Part shown: one piece after another, positions 39,818 to 52,690 of the stretch
How the letters are laid out: the number at the start of each line of letters is the position of its first letter
Numbering within the stretch: the stretch's first letter is position 1
Assembly (NCBI GenBank): GCA_010093995.1
Contig: ML992518.1
Location: forward strand, 126,093 to 187,173
Direction: 5' to 3'
DNA: 61,081 nt
Source: Elsinoe ampelina
Taxonomy: Eukaryota
The notes under the pieces: generated by a model
Database searches by the model: none
The model's input: only the letters and a program-made list of their open reading frames with translations
What the model was told of the DNA's origin: nothing
Program-made: the position numbers and the translations under genes

Positions 39818-42238
39818 ATGGCTGTTGGCCTATCAGGTCGAACGAGGCCAACAAAACCAAAGAAGCAGCAGGCTGCCCAGAAACGAAAACGAGACGATGT
39901 GGACGGCGCAAAGCTTCAAAACGCCGTCGAGCAGTTGGTATGCGGCCAGACATGTGGTCGTGCAAGATCTGAGGTCACTGATAGCATATAGGACCCAAAG
40001 GCCATCGTCTCTCGCTTCTCCGATCTCCCTCTGTCCGCGCCCACCTCTGCAGGTCTCGACTCTGCTCACTTCACCACCTTGACCGGCATCCAGCAAAAGG
40101 CGATACCTTTGGCGCTCAAGGGGCGGGATATCTTGGGCGCAGCAAAAACTGGGTCTGGTAAGACTCTGGCCTTTCTGATCCCACTTCTCGAGAACCTATA
40201 CCGTGAGCAATGCGTCGGTCCGGATGCTGGTCTATGCGGTATGGTCATCTCCCCGACCCGCGAGCTGGCAATACAGATATTCGACGTGCTGGTCAAGATT
40301 GGACGGAAGGGGCACCTCTTCTCGGCTGGATTGGTCATCGGAGGCAAGTCGCTCAAGGAAGAGAAGGACGCGTTGGCAAGAATGAATATCGTCGTGTGCA
40401 CTCCCGGACGCATCCTGCAGCACCTGTCTCAGACGGCGCTTTTCAGCTGCGATAACTTGCGCATGTTGATCCTCGACGAGGCAGATAGGATCATGGACAT
40501 GGGTTTTCAGAAGGAGATGGATGCCATAATCGAATACCTGCCCTCAGACAGGCAGACGTTGCTCTTCTCGGCCACACAAACCAAGAGGGTCAGTGACCTT
40601 GCGAGATTGAGCTTAAAAGACCCAGAATACATCTCGACAAACGCTGTCAGTGACTCGGCAACCCCGGCGACTCTCCAGCAGAATTACATTGTCGCACCTC
40701 TCAGCCAGAAGTTGGACACCTTGTGGAGCTTCATTCAAAATACCAAAAAGGCAAAGATCCTGGTCTTTCTGTCCAGCGGCAAGCAGGTACGATTTGTGTA
40801 CGAGGCTTTTCGGCGTATGCAACCTGGTATACCCCTCCTCCATCTTCACGGACGACACAAGCAAACGGCCAGGCTCGACATTGTCAACAAGTTCTCTTCA
40901 GCCAAGCATTCGTGTCTCTTTGCTACCGATGTAGTTGCACGAGGTCTCGACTTTCCGGCAGTGGATTGGGTTGTCCAGGTCGACTGTCCCGAAGATGCCG
41001 ACACTTATATCCACCGAGTTGGGAGAACTGCAAGGTACGAGCGGGACGGTAGGGCGATACTCTTCTTGGACCCGACCGAGGAGGAAGGCTTTCTCTCACG
41101 ACTCGAGAGCAAGAAGATACCCATTGAACGTATCAACGTGCGGCAGAAGAAGCAGCGGTCCATTAAAGATGCACTGCAAAGCATGTGCTTCAAAGACCCC
41201 ACACTCAAGTATCTTGGACAGAAGGCCTTTATCAGCTACACTCGCAGCATACATTTGCAAAAGGACAAGCAAGTGTTCCGGATTGACGAGCTACCTCTTG
41301 AAGATTTCGCGGCCAGCATGGGGCTCCCTGGTGCCCCCAAGATCAGATTTGTCAAGGGAGAAGACACTAAAGCCGCCAAGAATGCTCCCCGACACATTCC
41401 AAGTTTGTCCGATGAGAGTGATGATTCGGGTCGTGACGGGAAGTCTGTTCGGACGAGGTACGACAGAATGTTCGAGCGGACCAACCAGGATGTGCTAGCG
41501 GACCACTATACCCGGATTGTGCAGGACGTTGACAGCACCCGCAAAGATGGCTTTGACGCCGAAGTCGATGGAGACGATCTATTCGATGTGAAACAGCGGA
41601 TACCTGTCTCCCTGGACGATCAAGAGGGGTCAAGTGATGTGGAAGAAGGACATGGAATAGCATCTGGTGGCCGCATTGTACACATCGACGGCGCTCGACA
41701 GCCTATCGTCATCGACTCGAAGCGGAAGGAAAAGATGTTGAGTAGCAAGAAGAAGTTGTTGAAGCTAAAAGACAAAGGTACCAAGCTGGTCTTTGATGAA
41801 GAGGGCAACGCGCATCCTGTCTACGAACTGGATGACGGTACCAAATTCAGATCGGAAGGTACGGTCGATGAGCAGAGAAGAAAATTCTTGGAGCAGGAGA
41901 GTGAAAAGGTTCGACAAGCCGACTTGGACGACAAAGCACAAGCAAAGGCGAAGAAGAGGGAGAAATTGCGAAAGAGGAAGGAGAGAGAACGAGCCGACCC
42001 TGCGGACGACTCGGATGGCGGCGAGGTACAGGCTGTGCTTGCGAATGGCGAAGAGCCTATCGACACGCTTGCATCTGACGACGAAGATGATGGCAGCGAC
42101 AATGAAGCGCCTCGCAAAAAGCAAAAGAAATGGTTCCAAAGAGATTCGGACGATGAGAGTCAGACGGAGAATCTTCGCATGCCGGAAGATGTCGAAGACC
42201 TCGAAGGCCTCGAAGCAATGGCGAGCCGACTGGTATAG
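39818..42238 (+). CDS. DBP4: DEAD-box RNA helicase Dbp4
   Basis: Q motif, [34 protein letters not shown]; intron 39938-39991; Dbp4-type [16 protein letters not shown]. Confidence 0.95.
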
Positions 42239-43781
42239 TCATCGTCATCGTCATGGCCAAGTTGTGGATTTGTATTTCTCCGCAAGTTCATCCGTCCGTT
42301 CCATGATCCATCAGACATGCTTCGCCGACCTGGGGTCCGGGGTGCATGCGGGTTAGGCCTCATGTATAGCGTCCGTCGGTCGACCAATAGCAGCGCCTGT
42401 CATTGCAGCTAGGTAGAGGTTATTCAAGTACCGTGTGATCACGGGATGGAGATTTGTGGGAGACTTTACTACTGTGCAAATCTGCATACTAAGAAGCTAT
42501 CTGCAACTTACGCCTTCGTGGAACCGCCAGCAAGAACTACTGAATGCTATTGAGGCTCTGGCCATGGATACACACTCACACACTGACCTTGCTCCATCGG
42601 AGAATTTATTCCTAGTGTCTTGACTGCAGCATCCCGCCGATCGCCACATGCCCCGTATTGACGTGCTTCATGCTGTCACGACCTGAGTGGATGGAACATT
42701 TCTCTGGATTATTGATTGTTATTACACTATAGACACCGAGGGTCAGCAGATGAACAACAGGATCACTGGTACATTTCCCCGCAACCTTGTGACTTTTGAT
42801 CTCATACATGCCCGGGGGAAATAAGCTCCACTTGCATCAAAAGCCGGAACCATGATAGAGTAATTTCCAATAAGTCTGTAGACTAGGCTTCAGCGTACGA
42901 TACTCTCATGTTGAGCATCACCAAGTATGTCTGGCACAGCTTGGGAAGCACTCAGATGGTGCAATGGCTGAAATGAGGTCGGAACGGTGACCACGGTCGT
43001 TTGTGTCTGGAACATCGTCCCCTTGATGGATTCGGGGATCATGTGGATCACATCCTTGTACCTGAGGATCACGGCGGGAGAGCAGCAGGGCGGAAATACT
43101 TTCGACTTCATTGGTGGATCTCCTGCTTACCACGGCTCCTCGTTCTTTCATCAAGACAATTTGTTGCATCGGAGGCCTTCATCATTCCCCATGCAGCATG
43201 GCGCTGCATGACAGGCTTGTCTCCTACTGGCTCGTGTTCGTTCGCACGCGATCTTTATGAAAGAGAGTGCCAAATTGTGTGCTCCCTGGTCGAAGCTCTT
43301 TGGCGTTTTGGCTGTAACGCGGTGGTGGGACAGCCTTGTTTCATCGACGTCGAACCCGGCTTTCTCATCTCGACCACGACGTCTTCCGCAGGGCAAGGTC
43401 CGGATCGAGCCGAATCTCTCTTCTCACTGGTGCAAATACTCATCTCAACTCCGGTGTTGCCAAGTCTTCCCTCACATTGTCTACGCGAGATGAAGGTGGA
43501 GTGCAGAGGGGCATCACCGCTGACTAGCAGGCGCACGCGCTGACACTGCATGCTGCGACAAATCCACCGCTGAAGACATCTAGGCGGCGACGACAAGTCC
43601 GTGGCCGCTGCATCAATGCTCCGGCAAGATTGTGGTATATAGCTGGTCAGAATTCTCTGCTTTTCAGCCCTTTCCATCATCTCAAACCTTCAGTCTCATT
43701 CACTTCTTGCCCTTTTCAGCCCTTTTCAGCCCTTGTTCGGTTTCACCTGAGTACCTGGTAGTATTCACAACCCTATCAACA

Positions 43782-44726
43782 ATGAAGTTCACCCTTGCCT
43801 CGGCCCTGGCGGCCTTTGTCTCAATCGCCTTTGCTCAGCAGGGCTCCCCTCAGGGTTACGCTTCCCTCAACGGTGGTACTACTGGTGGCAAGGGCGGTGC
43901 CGTCGTCACCGTCACCACCCTCGATGCTCTCAACGCCGCTCTCGGCAAGAAGACCGACACAACCGCCAAGATCATCCGCATCTCTGGTCTCATCAAGGGA
44001 TCCTCAAAGGTCTACGTCGGCAGCAACAAGTCCCTTATCGGCGCCAATTCTGGTTCTGGTCTTGAGGGTATCGGTCTCCAGCTCACCAAGTCCAAGAATG
44101 TCATCATCCAAAACTTGAAGATCTCCAAGGTCGTCGCCAGCAACGGTGATGGCATTGGCATCCAGGAGTCCACCAACGTCTGGGTCGACCACGTCGATAT
44201 CTCCAACGACATCACCCACGACAAGGACTACTATGATGGTCTCATCGACGTCACCCACGCCGCTGACTTTGTCACCATCTCCAACACCTACTTCCACGAC
44301 CACTTCAAGGGATCCCTTGTTGGTCACTCGGACAGCAACGGTGCTGAGGACACTGGACACCTCCGCGTCTCGTACATCAACAACTACTGGAAAAACGTTG
44401 GCTCCCGTACTCCATCCGTCCGCTTCGGTACTGCTCACATTGTCAACAACTTCTACGACGGCATCTTCACCTCCGGCATTGACACCCGCCAGAAGGCTCA
44501 GGTCCTCGTTGAGTCCACCGCTTTCGTCGGTGTTGCCAAGCCCCTCGGTACCTACAACGGTGATGTCGCTGGCTTTGCTGTCGTCAAGGATGTCAACTTT
44601 GGCACTGGCGCCAACACTGCTGCTCGCGGTACTCTCACCTCTGCTCCTTATTCTGTCGCCGCCGTTGGCTCTGCTAACGTCAAGGCCGCCGTCGTCGGCA
44701 AGGCCGGCAACACTCTTACTCTGTAA
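43782..44726 (+). CDS. Secreted pectate lyase (PL1)
   Basis: Signal peptide; GYASLNGGTTGG, GSNKSLIG, NVWVDH, YYDGLIDV, RTPSVRFG; strong codon bias. Confidence 0.95.
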   Translation: MKFTLASALAAFVSIAFAQQGSPQGYASLNGGTTGGKGGAVVTVTTLDALNAALGKKTDTTAKIIRISGLIKGSSKVYVGSNKSLIGANSGSGLEGIGLQLTKSKNVIIQNLKISKVVASNGDGIGIQESTNVWVDHVDISNDITHDKDYYDGLIDVTHAADFVTISNTYFHDHFKGSLVGHSDSNGAEDTGHLRVSYINNYWKNVGSRTPSVRFGTAHIVNNFYDGIFTSGIDTRQKAQVLVESTAFVGVAKPLGTYNGDVAGFAVVKDVNFGTGANTAARGTLTSAPYSVAAVGSANVKAAVVGKAGNTLTL

Positions 44727-45484
44727 GCAGTGATTAAAAAGCTTGGAAAAGTCGGGCATTGGGATATTAATTGGAAAGCGTGGGACGATGGTCAATACTT
44801 CATGACAAACACAGCCTTCCGTTGAGCGGGAACTTGTTCTTTTCAATGTCAATATGAGTTTTACGAAATATACTTGGCTTTGACTGAATTCTCTAGATCT
44901 GTGGTCCATGTGAACGTCTGTGAACCTTGTACGCGCGTGCCACGGAGGTTTAGCCTTGTCTGAGATTTGGGCTGGAAGCTATTCAGAAGTACGCGAGCTT
45001 CTAGCTTCTTGAGGCAGATGTTCGATGGAAAGAGTGTCAAATGGAATAGATGTAAAGGCGGCAACTGTTTTGACGGGGGGTTGCCTTGGAATGCAAAGTG
45101 GGCCAAGGCCTGTTGTTGTAACTAGCAAATCGGATCGAGAGACGTGTGTTACATTCAGAGAGTTACAATAACCGATTTATCTACTGTGCGTGCGCTGACT
45201 CATCAGTACCAGTTCTTCAGTACCAGAGAAGCTGTACCAGCCTTCCATTACAACACCTGTGACGTCGCCGATCAAGCTTCATGCTGGAATCTTCAACGAG
45301 AATCACTGCCTGCGACCTCGCTTTCCCTTGCCAATCATACTTTCTCTCCCATCACGCACAGCCAGACATCATACCATCTGAAACTTGATAATTCGTTGCT
45401 ATCGTCAGCCCATTCATTCAATTGACGACCTGTTGAGCTCACTTCGGGATTGGCCGCCCGCCGCCACCCCTCTACGCCTTCAGC

Positions 45485-46387
45485 ATGATCACGCCTTCCG
45501 ATCCCCGAACATCACCCATCTCCTTTGGCATCACTCTCGTCCTGGTGGCATTCTCGCTGGCGCGGGAGAAGCTCACTCCTTTAGGTGTCCTCACTGCCTT
45601 CTCCACCGCCTGCCTTCACGTCTCCTTCCCATCAAAAGTTCCATTTGCCTGCTTGGTCACCTTCTTCGTTGCCGGTATCGTTGCCACCAGGGTCGGCAAA
45701 GCAGCCAAGTCTGGCATCATCGTCTCGTCGGTTGGAGGGAGTGGAGCTGAAGGACCCAGAAATACCGTGCAGGTCCTGGCCAATTCTGGTACTGCAAGCT
45801 TGTTCATCCTTGGAGCATTTGCCGTGCGGTTCACCGGCAGGGATGTGTTGAGCCTGATTACTGGTGGAGACGGGGCAGTCGCAACAGATGCAGCACTCGT
45901 CCGTAGGGTGGTTTTTGCTTCTGCATGTTCGTATGCAGCAGCAGCAGCGGACACATTGTCATCAGAGTTTGGGATCCTAGCCACATCGAGCCCATTCCTG
46001 GTCACTCCTCCATTCAGGAAGGTGCCGCGGGGAACGAACGGCGGTGTTACTATCGAAGGCTTGGGAGCAGGATTGCTGGGGGGTGCCATCATTGGTGCAG
46101 TCTATCACCTTCAGTACCGAGATGCATCGCGAGCTGGGGCGATAGCCATTCTAGGTCTTGGAGGGAGTTTGCTGGACAGCATCCTGGGTGCAGTGGCACA
46201 GGCGACGGTGGAAGACAAGTCATCTGGCAGGGTGGTGGAAGGTGCGAATGGGAAGAGGGCTTTGTTCACCGCAGGTGGAAGCAGAGTGCGACGTGGTAGA
46301 GACCTACTGAACAACAATGGCGTCAACTTCGTTATGTCGTTGACGATAGGAGTTGCAGGCCTCGTGGTAGACCGTTTGCTGAACTAA
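45485..46387 (+). CDS. DUF92/TMEM19-family membrane protein
   Basis: GPRNTVQVLANS, AAADTLSSEFG, VPRGTNGGVT, SLLDSILGA, LLNNNGVNF. Confidence 0.88.
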   Translation: MITPSDPRTSPISFGITLVLVAFSLAREKLTPLGVLTAFSTACLHVSFPSKVPFACLVTFFVAGIVATRVGKAAKSGIIVSSVGGSGAEGPRNTVQVLANSGTASLFILGAFAVRFTGRDVLSLITGGDGAVATDAALVRRVVFASACSYAAAAADTLSSEFGILATSSPFLVTPPFRKVPRGTNGGVTIEGLGAGLLGGAIIGAVYHLQYRDASRAGAIAILGLGGSLLDSILGAVAQATVEDKSSGRVVEGANGKRALFTAGGSRVRRGRDLLNNNGVNFVMSLTIGVAGLVVDRLLN

Positions 46388-46511
46388 TTGATCGCCGCAC
46401 ACAGTACTACAGCATGACGACAGATGGAAGACAATGGAAGAATTGTATATCTGTCATGATCACACACATGGAGTTCAATCTGGTAGTCATGCCGTTCCAT
46501 CGGGTTTATTC

Positions 46512-47797
46512 TCAAGCGCCGAGCACAGTACCATGGCGCCTTTGCTCCTTCGATCATTCGGCATTATCCTTCCTCCATACTCTGGCATGTTTGACGCCAA
46601 AGTCGTCCTCAAATAGCATGCGGACTTGTTCCAAAGGCATTACTGCGACCTCCGGGTGGGAAAAGATGATGAAGAGCCAGCCCAGGAGATTGATGGCGGC
46701 GTAGAAGCCCAAAGCCCCAGATGGAGTCATGCCCTTCATCATGGACAGGAAGGTGGAGGAGATGATGATGTTCATGCCCCAGCATGTGCAAGTGATCATC
46801 ATCGTGCCAACCGCGCGGAACTTACAGGAAGTAGTTCGTTTGCAGTCCGAAGAACACAGCCAAGACCGGAAGCGTAAAAGGCGACAAAGTCGACGAACAT
46901 GACCAGGACGAGGACCCCGGCCCAGCCAGCGTTCTCTGTCTCAAGCTCAAGAGTGCTGAGGTTGATGGGAATGAAATGGAAAGCGACAGCCACAACAGCG
47001 AGAGTGACTGACCTTGCCCACATTGTGGAGAAGGATCCTGCGGCGCCCGACCTTGATGATGGCTACGACGGATCCAACAGCCATGGGGATCTTGAAGCCG
47101 ACGATGGCGTAGAGCGTTGGCGAGATGGATGGTACACCACCCAAACCTACCATGTATCTCCAGTTGTGGTTCACCTTCCCAAATGCGGCAGCGATGGCGT
47201 AAACGAAGACCTGGCCACCGGTGATGGACATGCAGCCGATTACAATCACGCGACCCCGATGCTTGGTCGGTACGAGTTCGCCGATGTACAACGGTACGAT
47301 CATAGCTGCCGATCCAACACCAAGTCCCTGACATTGTTCATCCTGGTCAGCGGGACCTCAAAGATCCATACTCACAACGACCACACGTCCAACGAGTATC
47401 TGGGCAAGTCCAAACGACGCAGCTTGAATGACAGCTCCGAGGGTGAATAGAACGGCTCCGAACCAGATGACTGACTTGCGACCGCATCTGTTCGCAGTGG
47501 AACCAGCATAGACGGCGCGAATAAAGGCATCAGCAGAGTTGAGAGGAGAGAGGAGTGATGAGCACTTTGTTCGAATCGGTCAACTCCTTGCCGCCGAAGT
47601 CGGTCGCAAGTACTACCAGAACACCTAAGATGACACCGGTATCGTAGCCGAAGAGCAGACCACTGATGGCTGCATTGAAGGCGACTCGCTAGACATACTA
47701 GCTCGATTTGGTAAGCTCGATTGAATTGAGCTCATTTTCTCGTCTAGACCCTCGATGTGATCGATCTGATCAACCGCAAGTTTCTTCCATCTTCCAT
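46512..47797 (-). pseudogene. MFS sugar/myo-inositol transporter (ITR-like), heavily degraded
   Basis: [50 protein letters not shown] and GFYAAI fragments with stops, frameshifts and internal deletions. Confidence 0.85.
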
Positions 47798-49639
47798 GGT
47801 AGTATGAATTAAGGCTTGATAACGGTACAGCCTCCAGTCATGGATGGAATGATTCATGGGGAATCGGAGTGGGCAGAAGATATCTTTGTATTTCTTGAGA
47901 AGGTGAAAGAATGACAACGGATAACTTAGCCCTCGTCTCAGCATGTGACAGACCTCGTACATCTTCAACTGATTCGGGAACTGGTCGACCCACCAGTTCA
48001 GCCTAGACGCATTCATTGAGTTCTGGCCACAACGGCTCTGCCCATGGGGACACCCCAGAAATACTGGGAAGGAAAAGCGAATGCTGGTGGGATTGGAGAT
48101 CGCTGTGAAGCATGCTCTGTGTAATAACGGTGACATGGCAAAGGAGTCTTTCTGGACGCAGGGTTTGTAGAGCAGGCGCAGTCAGCCCTATTATTGGAGC
48201 CGAGACATGCAAGAGATTACGTGCTTCAGGTTCTTAACCAAGTATGATCATCTTCACGGCAATGAAGTCTAGCAACCTGTCTGAATTCATTCCATTGATA
48301 TCGATTCCAAGTCGCGAGGCTGGCCGAGACAAGCACTTGAGCTGGAAATCATCCGCGGGGTGAAAGGAGTGAAAAGATCTGTTTGTGGTGGGGAGAGCTG
48401 AGGTTCATATACCTACCTCGCGGAGAATCCAGCCTCATTCGGATACCGAGATCTCGGACATGGCGGGCTCTCCCAAGCATACCATGTTATGTCATCTTCG
48501 GACTGAGGGATACTGGACGTGGGCGACATGCTCGATCGGCCTTCTAGATTACTGTGGCGCTAGGTCTCCAGATGCCGCCTGCTGAACGTCGGCATGCGAC
48601 TGACGATGAGCATAAACAACCAAAGATGATGAACATGATTTCTTCTGTGTGCAGAACACAATCATCTTGCGGATCTTGTTTCGATGATGTAATGACCAAA
48701 GGATACGGGAGTGGAAAAGTCACAGCTTTTGAAACATCACAACTTGCTTTCCACCTCATCTCTTTCATGAACACGGTCCTTTCAACACCGAGATTCGGTC
48801 CATTGCCATACGACTCTACGTGTCTAGTGCTAATGATGGGCGCTCGCTGCTTCCATTACACAAAGATGATCGACCTGCACCAATGGGCAGAAATAGCCAT
48901 TTGAATGCCGGAGCGTGTAGGACATTGACAGCTCTGCGCTTCGCAATGCAATACCAGAAAATACTGCCCACGATCATGAGAGCCATACATCATTTCCATT
49001 CCCCCTTCATCACAACTTGCAGAGCCCAAGGTATATCGGGTCTGAAGAGCTGGTCGAGCGGCATTTCCCTCACAGCGCTCGCGTCCAGCAAGTGAAATCT
49101 GGCTTTTCTCGTCGCGGAGGTGGCTACACCGACTGCATGTTCGACTTGTTTCACATTGCTCGCTCCAACCTCAATACCCCGGCCACGCCGCCCGTCCTTG
49201 CAATTACCCGGCCAAGCCCTGGAGGCCAAGGGACATCCCAAGCTGTTGTACGTCCGTGATCATCCGGACCTGCAGCGGAGCACCGGGGCGCTTGTCAAAA
49301 CCAAGAGTGGCTCTAGCCATGTTCGAGGGTCCACCGAAATGAGCCTCACGTCTCCGTCTTTCTTTAAGTTGCCGCGCAACCTCGTCGATCCTGCACCGCC
49401 CTGGCATGGCCCACAAGGGATGTTTCCAACCATGCGTCGGGACAAGTCAGTCACTACTTCCGCTATATCAATCTCTTGGATCCAAGACCTTGGCCATGAA
49501 ACACGCCCTTTTCGCAACTCGACTGGGGCAGTCGATTTACCCGCATGGGGTGCAAGGGTGTACAAATAGATGGAGGGAGCCAGCCAGATGAGGAGGAGAT
49601 CACACGAATCTGACAGACGAGAACCGCGAGACATTCGAC

Positions 49640-50901
49640 ATGTTCACTCCTCTGATTGCCACTCTTTTGGCCGCAGTCCCAGCGCTCGCAGTGCCGGCAG
49701 CTGCACCCCAGACAACTCCTACACCAGCCAGTGGCAACATCTTTGCCGGAAAGCAGATTTACGCCAATCCCTACTATGCGTCTGAGATTCAGAATCTGGC
49801 AATCCCTTCACTCAAGCCCGAATTGAAAACAAAGGCGGCAGCCGTAGCCAAAGTAGGATCATTCGCATGGCTGTAAGTACGAATACGACATGCAGTCACC
49901 TTGACTGACGCCAGAAAGTGATACTCGTGCCAAAGTCCCCAGCATGGACACCTACCTGGCGAACATCAAGAAAGCAAACCAAGCCGGATCCAACCCGCCA
50001 ATTCTCGGGGCATTCGTCGTGTACAATCTACCAGACAGGGACTGTGCTGCTCTCGCATCCAACGGCGAGCTCGCTATCGCCAACAATGGTGTAGCTCTTT
50101 ACAAAGGATACATCGACTCTATTGCGGCCATCATCCGCAAGTATCCCGATGTCAGCATCGCCCTCACGATTGGTGAGTGATCCGGGGGGCGAGTTGTTGC
50201 CTGTCTGACTGTATGCAGAGCCTGACAGTCTCGGTAACATGATCACCAACATGAACGTCCCGAAGTGTCAGAATGCCGCAGCTGCCTACAAGGACTGCAT
50301 TGTCTATGCCATGAAGAACCTCAACTTCAACAACGTCAAGATGTACCTTGATGCTGGTCATGCTGGGTGGTTGGGGTGGCCAGCAAACTTGCAGCCCTCA
50401 GCCAACATTTTCGCTGAAGTATACGCCGCTGCCGGCAAGCCTGCCTCGGTCCGTGGTCTTGCTATCAATGTGTCCAACTACAATGCTTGGAAGGCCAGCA
50501 CCTGCCCTTCGTACACTCAGGGTAACGCGAACTGTGACGAGAATAGATACGTCAATGCCTTTGCTCCTCTCCTCACCGCGGCTGGCTTCCCGGCGAACTT
50601 TATTGTCGACACTGGTCGCAGCGGGAAGACACCTACTGGCCAGCAGGCCTGGGGCGATTGGTGTAACGCAAAGGGAACCGGCTTTGGACTTCGCCCTTCG
50701 ACCAACACCGGCAGTCCTTTCGTAGACTCCTTTGTGTGGATCAAGCCTGGTGGGGAGTCTGATGGTACATCGAACAGCTCTGCCATCCGCTTCGACTCGA
50801 CCTGTGTCCGCGGATCTGCACTCACTCCGGCGCCAGAAGCCGGGACATGGTTTCAAGCATACTTTGAGCAGCTTCTGGTCAATGCTAACCCAGCGTTCTG
50901 A
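49640..50901 (+). CDS. GH6 cellobiohydrolase II, no CBM1
   Basis: YANPYY, YNLPDRDC, EPDSL, YLDAGHAGWLGW, WGDWCN, WIKPGGESDGTS; introns 49873-49918 and 50173-50218. Confidence 0.95.
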
Positions 50902-51300
50902 GCATTGTGATGGCGGGTTCTGCTGCGGGGCCGGGCGTGAACGAATCCAAGGGGAATCACCTTGTAGAACAAAGTGAATCAAAGCCTGTGGGCACTTCTC
51001 AGTCGCGAATCGCAAGTGATTATGACATTTGTTGGAGCAACGTCACAAGTACAAGAGTCATCTCGGTGAATGGCCGCCTGATCCTGGATGTCATGGCTGA
51101 TCAAGCATCGGATATAACGGGCAATGTACGCTGACCACCGGCCGGCTTTAGGTGTTTAAGGAAGCGAGTGAACATTTGTGGCTCCTACCAAGGTGACAAT
51201 AAATATCGACAGTTGCACCAGTGAATCTGTAAAATAGACTTGAGTGAGGAGGATACCGGCCTGATAATCCGAACATCATCTGACGGCGTTCTACTAAATC

Positions 51301-52107
51301 ATGCCGGCATCCAAGTATATTGTGCTCATCACCGGAGGTCACGTTCATCACCCTCCCTGCTAGATACACCCACCACTGACCTCGGAATCTCGGATAGGTA
51401 ATTCAGGTATTGGACTGGAGCTAGCGCGCCAGCTGATGGCGGATTCGACCAAACACATCATCCTAGGAAGCCGTTCTATCCAGAAAGGCGAAGATGCAAT
51501 CCAAAAGCTTCAGCAGCATCACCAACCTGGAACAATTGAGCTGCTCGAGGTTGACGTCGCTGATGAAAGTTCAATCAGCGCTGCTGCCAAAACAGTGGAG
51601 AACAAGCACGGCCGACTCGATGCGCTCGTCAATAATGCCGCCGTCGCCGTCGTGGACGGTACTTTGGGCGAGCAGATGCAACGATGTTTTTTGGTCAATG
51701 CCACTGGTCCAGCTTTGATGGGTGAAGCCTTCGAGCCTTTGCTGAGAAGGTCAATTGGTATACCGAGGATCTTGAATGTCAGTTCCGGCGCAGGCTCGAT
51801 TGGTCGTCGACTTGACCCATCGTCCCCAAGCTACAAGATGGATCACATTCAATATCGAGCAAGCAAATCTGCTTTGAACATGGTGTCAGCTAGCCAAGCT
51901 GTCAGATTTGGGGAGTTTGGTATCAAGGTCTTTTCCTACTGTCCAGGCTTTACCGTCTCGAATTTGTCGTCGATGAATCACGCAGAGAATGGTGCGAGAT
52001 CAACATCGGAGTCTGTCGCGCCCATGGTCAAGGTTCTCGACGGGTCAAGGGATGCAGAGCATGGCGGCTTTCTACATGCGTATCCAGAAGCTCAGTATCC
52101 TTGGTGA
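51301..52107 (+). CDS. Short-chain dehydrogenase/reductase
   Basis: VLITG|GNSGIG across intron 51338-51396, NNAA, YRASK. Confidence 0.88.
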
Positions 52108-52690
52108 TGAAATTTTCATACGCTGGGAGGCGACATGGCACAAAAGGGAGCTCAAGGGTGGCACTGACCTCTTCTGGCAGGGCACAGCGTTCCACGGCGT
52201 TGTTTGATCTGCAACCTTCTTTCAAAACCTTCAGTCATGCATGAATAATCGTTCCTTGTCTCATGCACGACTCCGCATGATGCGATGTGTGACAGCGTAT
52301 TCTTACACGAATCGGAAGGGCGCAAAACGATGCATGCTCTGATGGAAATTGCAGTCACAGGCCATGTTGGGGCTCTCTTCCTTGTCCATCCCGGTGACAC
52401 TCCCGCTCCGAATTAGCCTGTTTCACATACTCACCTCGAGTCACGCCTCGACATCAGGTCCCTGGTCGACAAGACTCTCCGGAGCTCTCATGGAACAGAA
52501 CAGCCCTAGAAGCAGAAGGTGTCGCCAATCCACTTTGCCCTGTGCGGAGCAGTCCCTTGCGGGTCACAATAATTACAGTAGGTTGGTATGGTTCTCCCGG
52601 ACCTTCGAGCTGGTGGTGGTTATTATTTGACTTGCCTCCCTTGGGCTGCGGTAAAGTTGAGTATTGCGGATTTCTTCATTTCAAAACATC

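Noticed and set aside
42400..43600. Short ORFs between DBP4 and the pectate lyase
   Set aside because: No recognisable family; a gene call cannot be supported.
43661..43735. TTTTCAGCCCTT x3 upstream of the pectate lyase
   Set aside because: Low-complexity pyrimidine-rich leader; no function can be supported.
44004..44909. 301 aa antisense ORF and 195 aa alternate-frame ORF over the pectate lyase
   Set aside because: Expected from strong C-ending codon bias.
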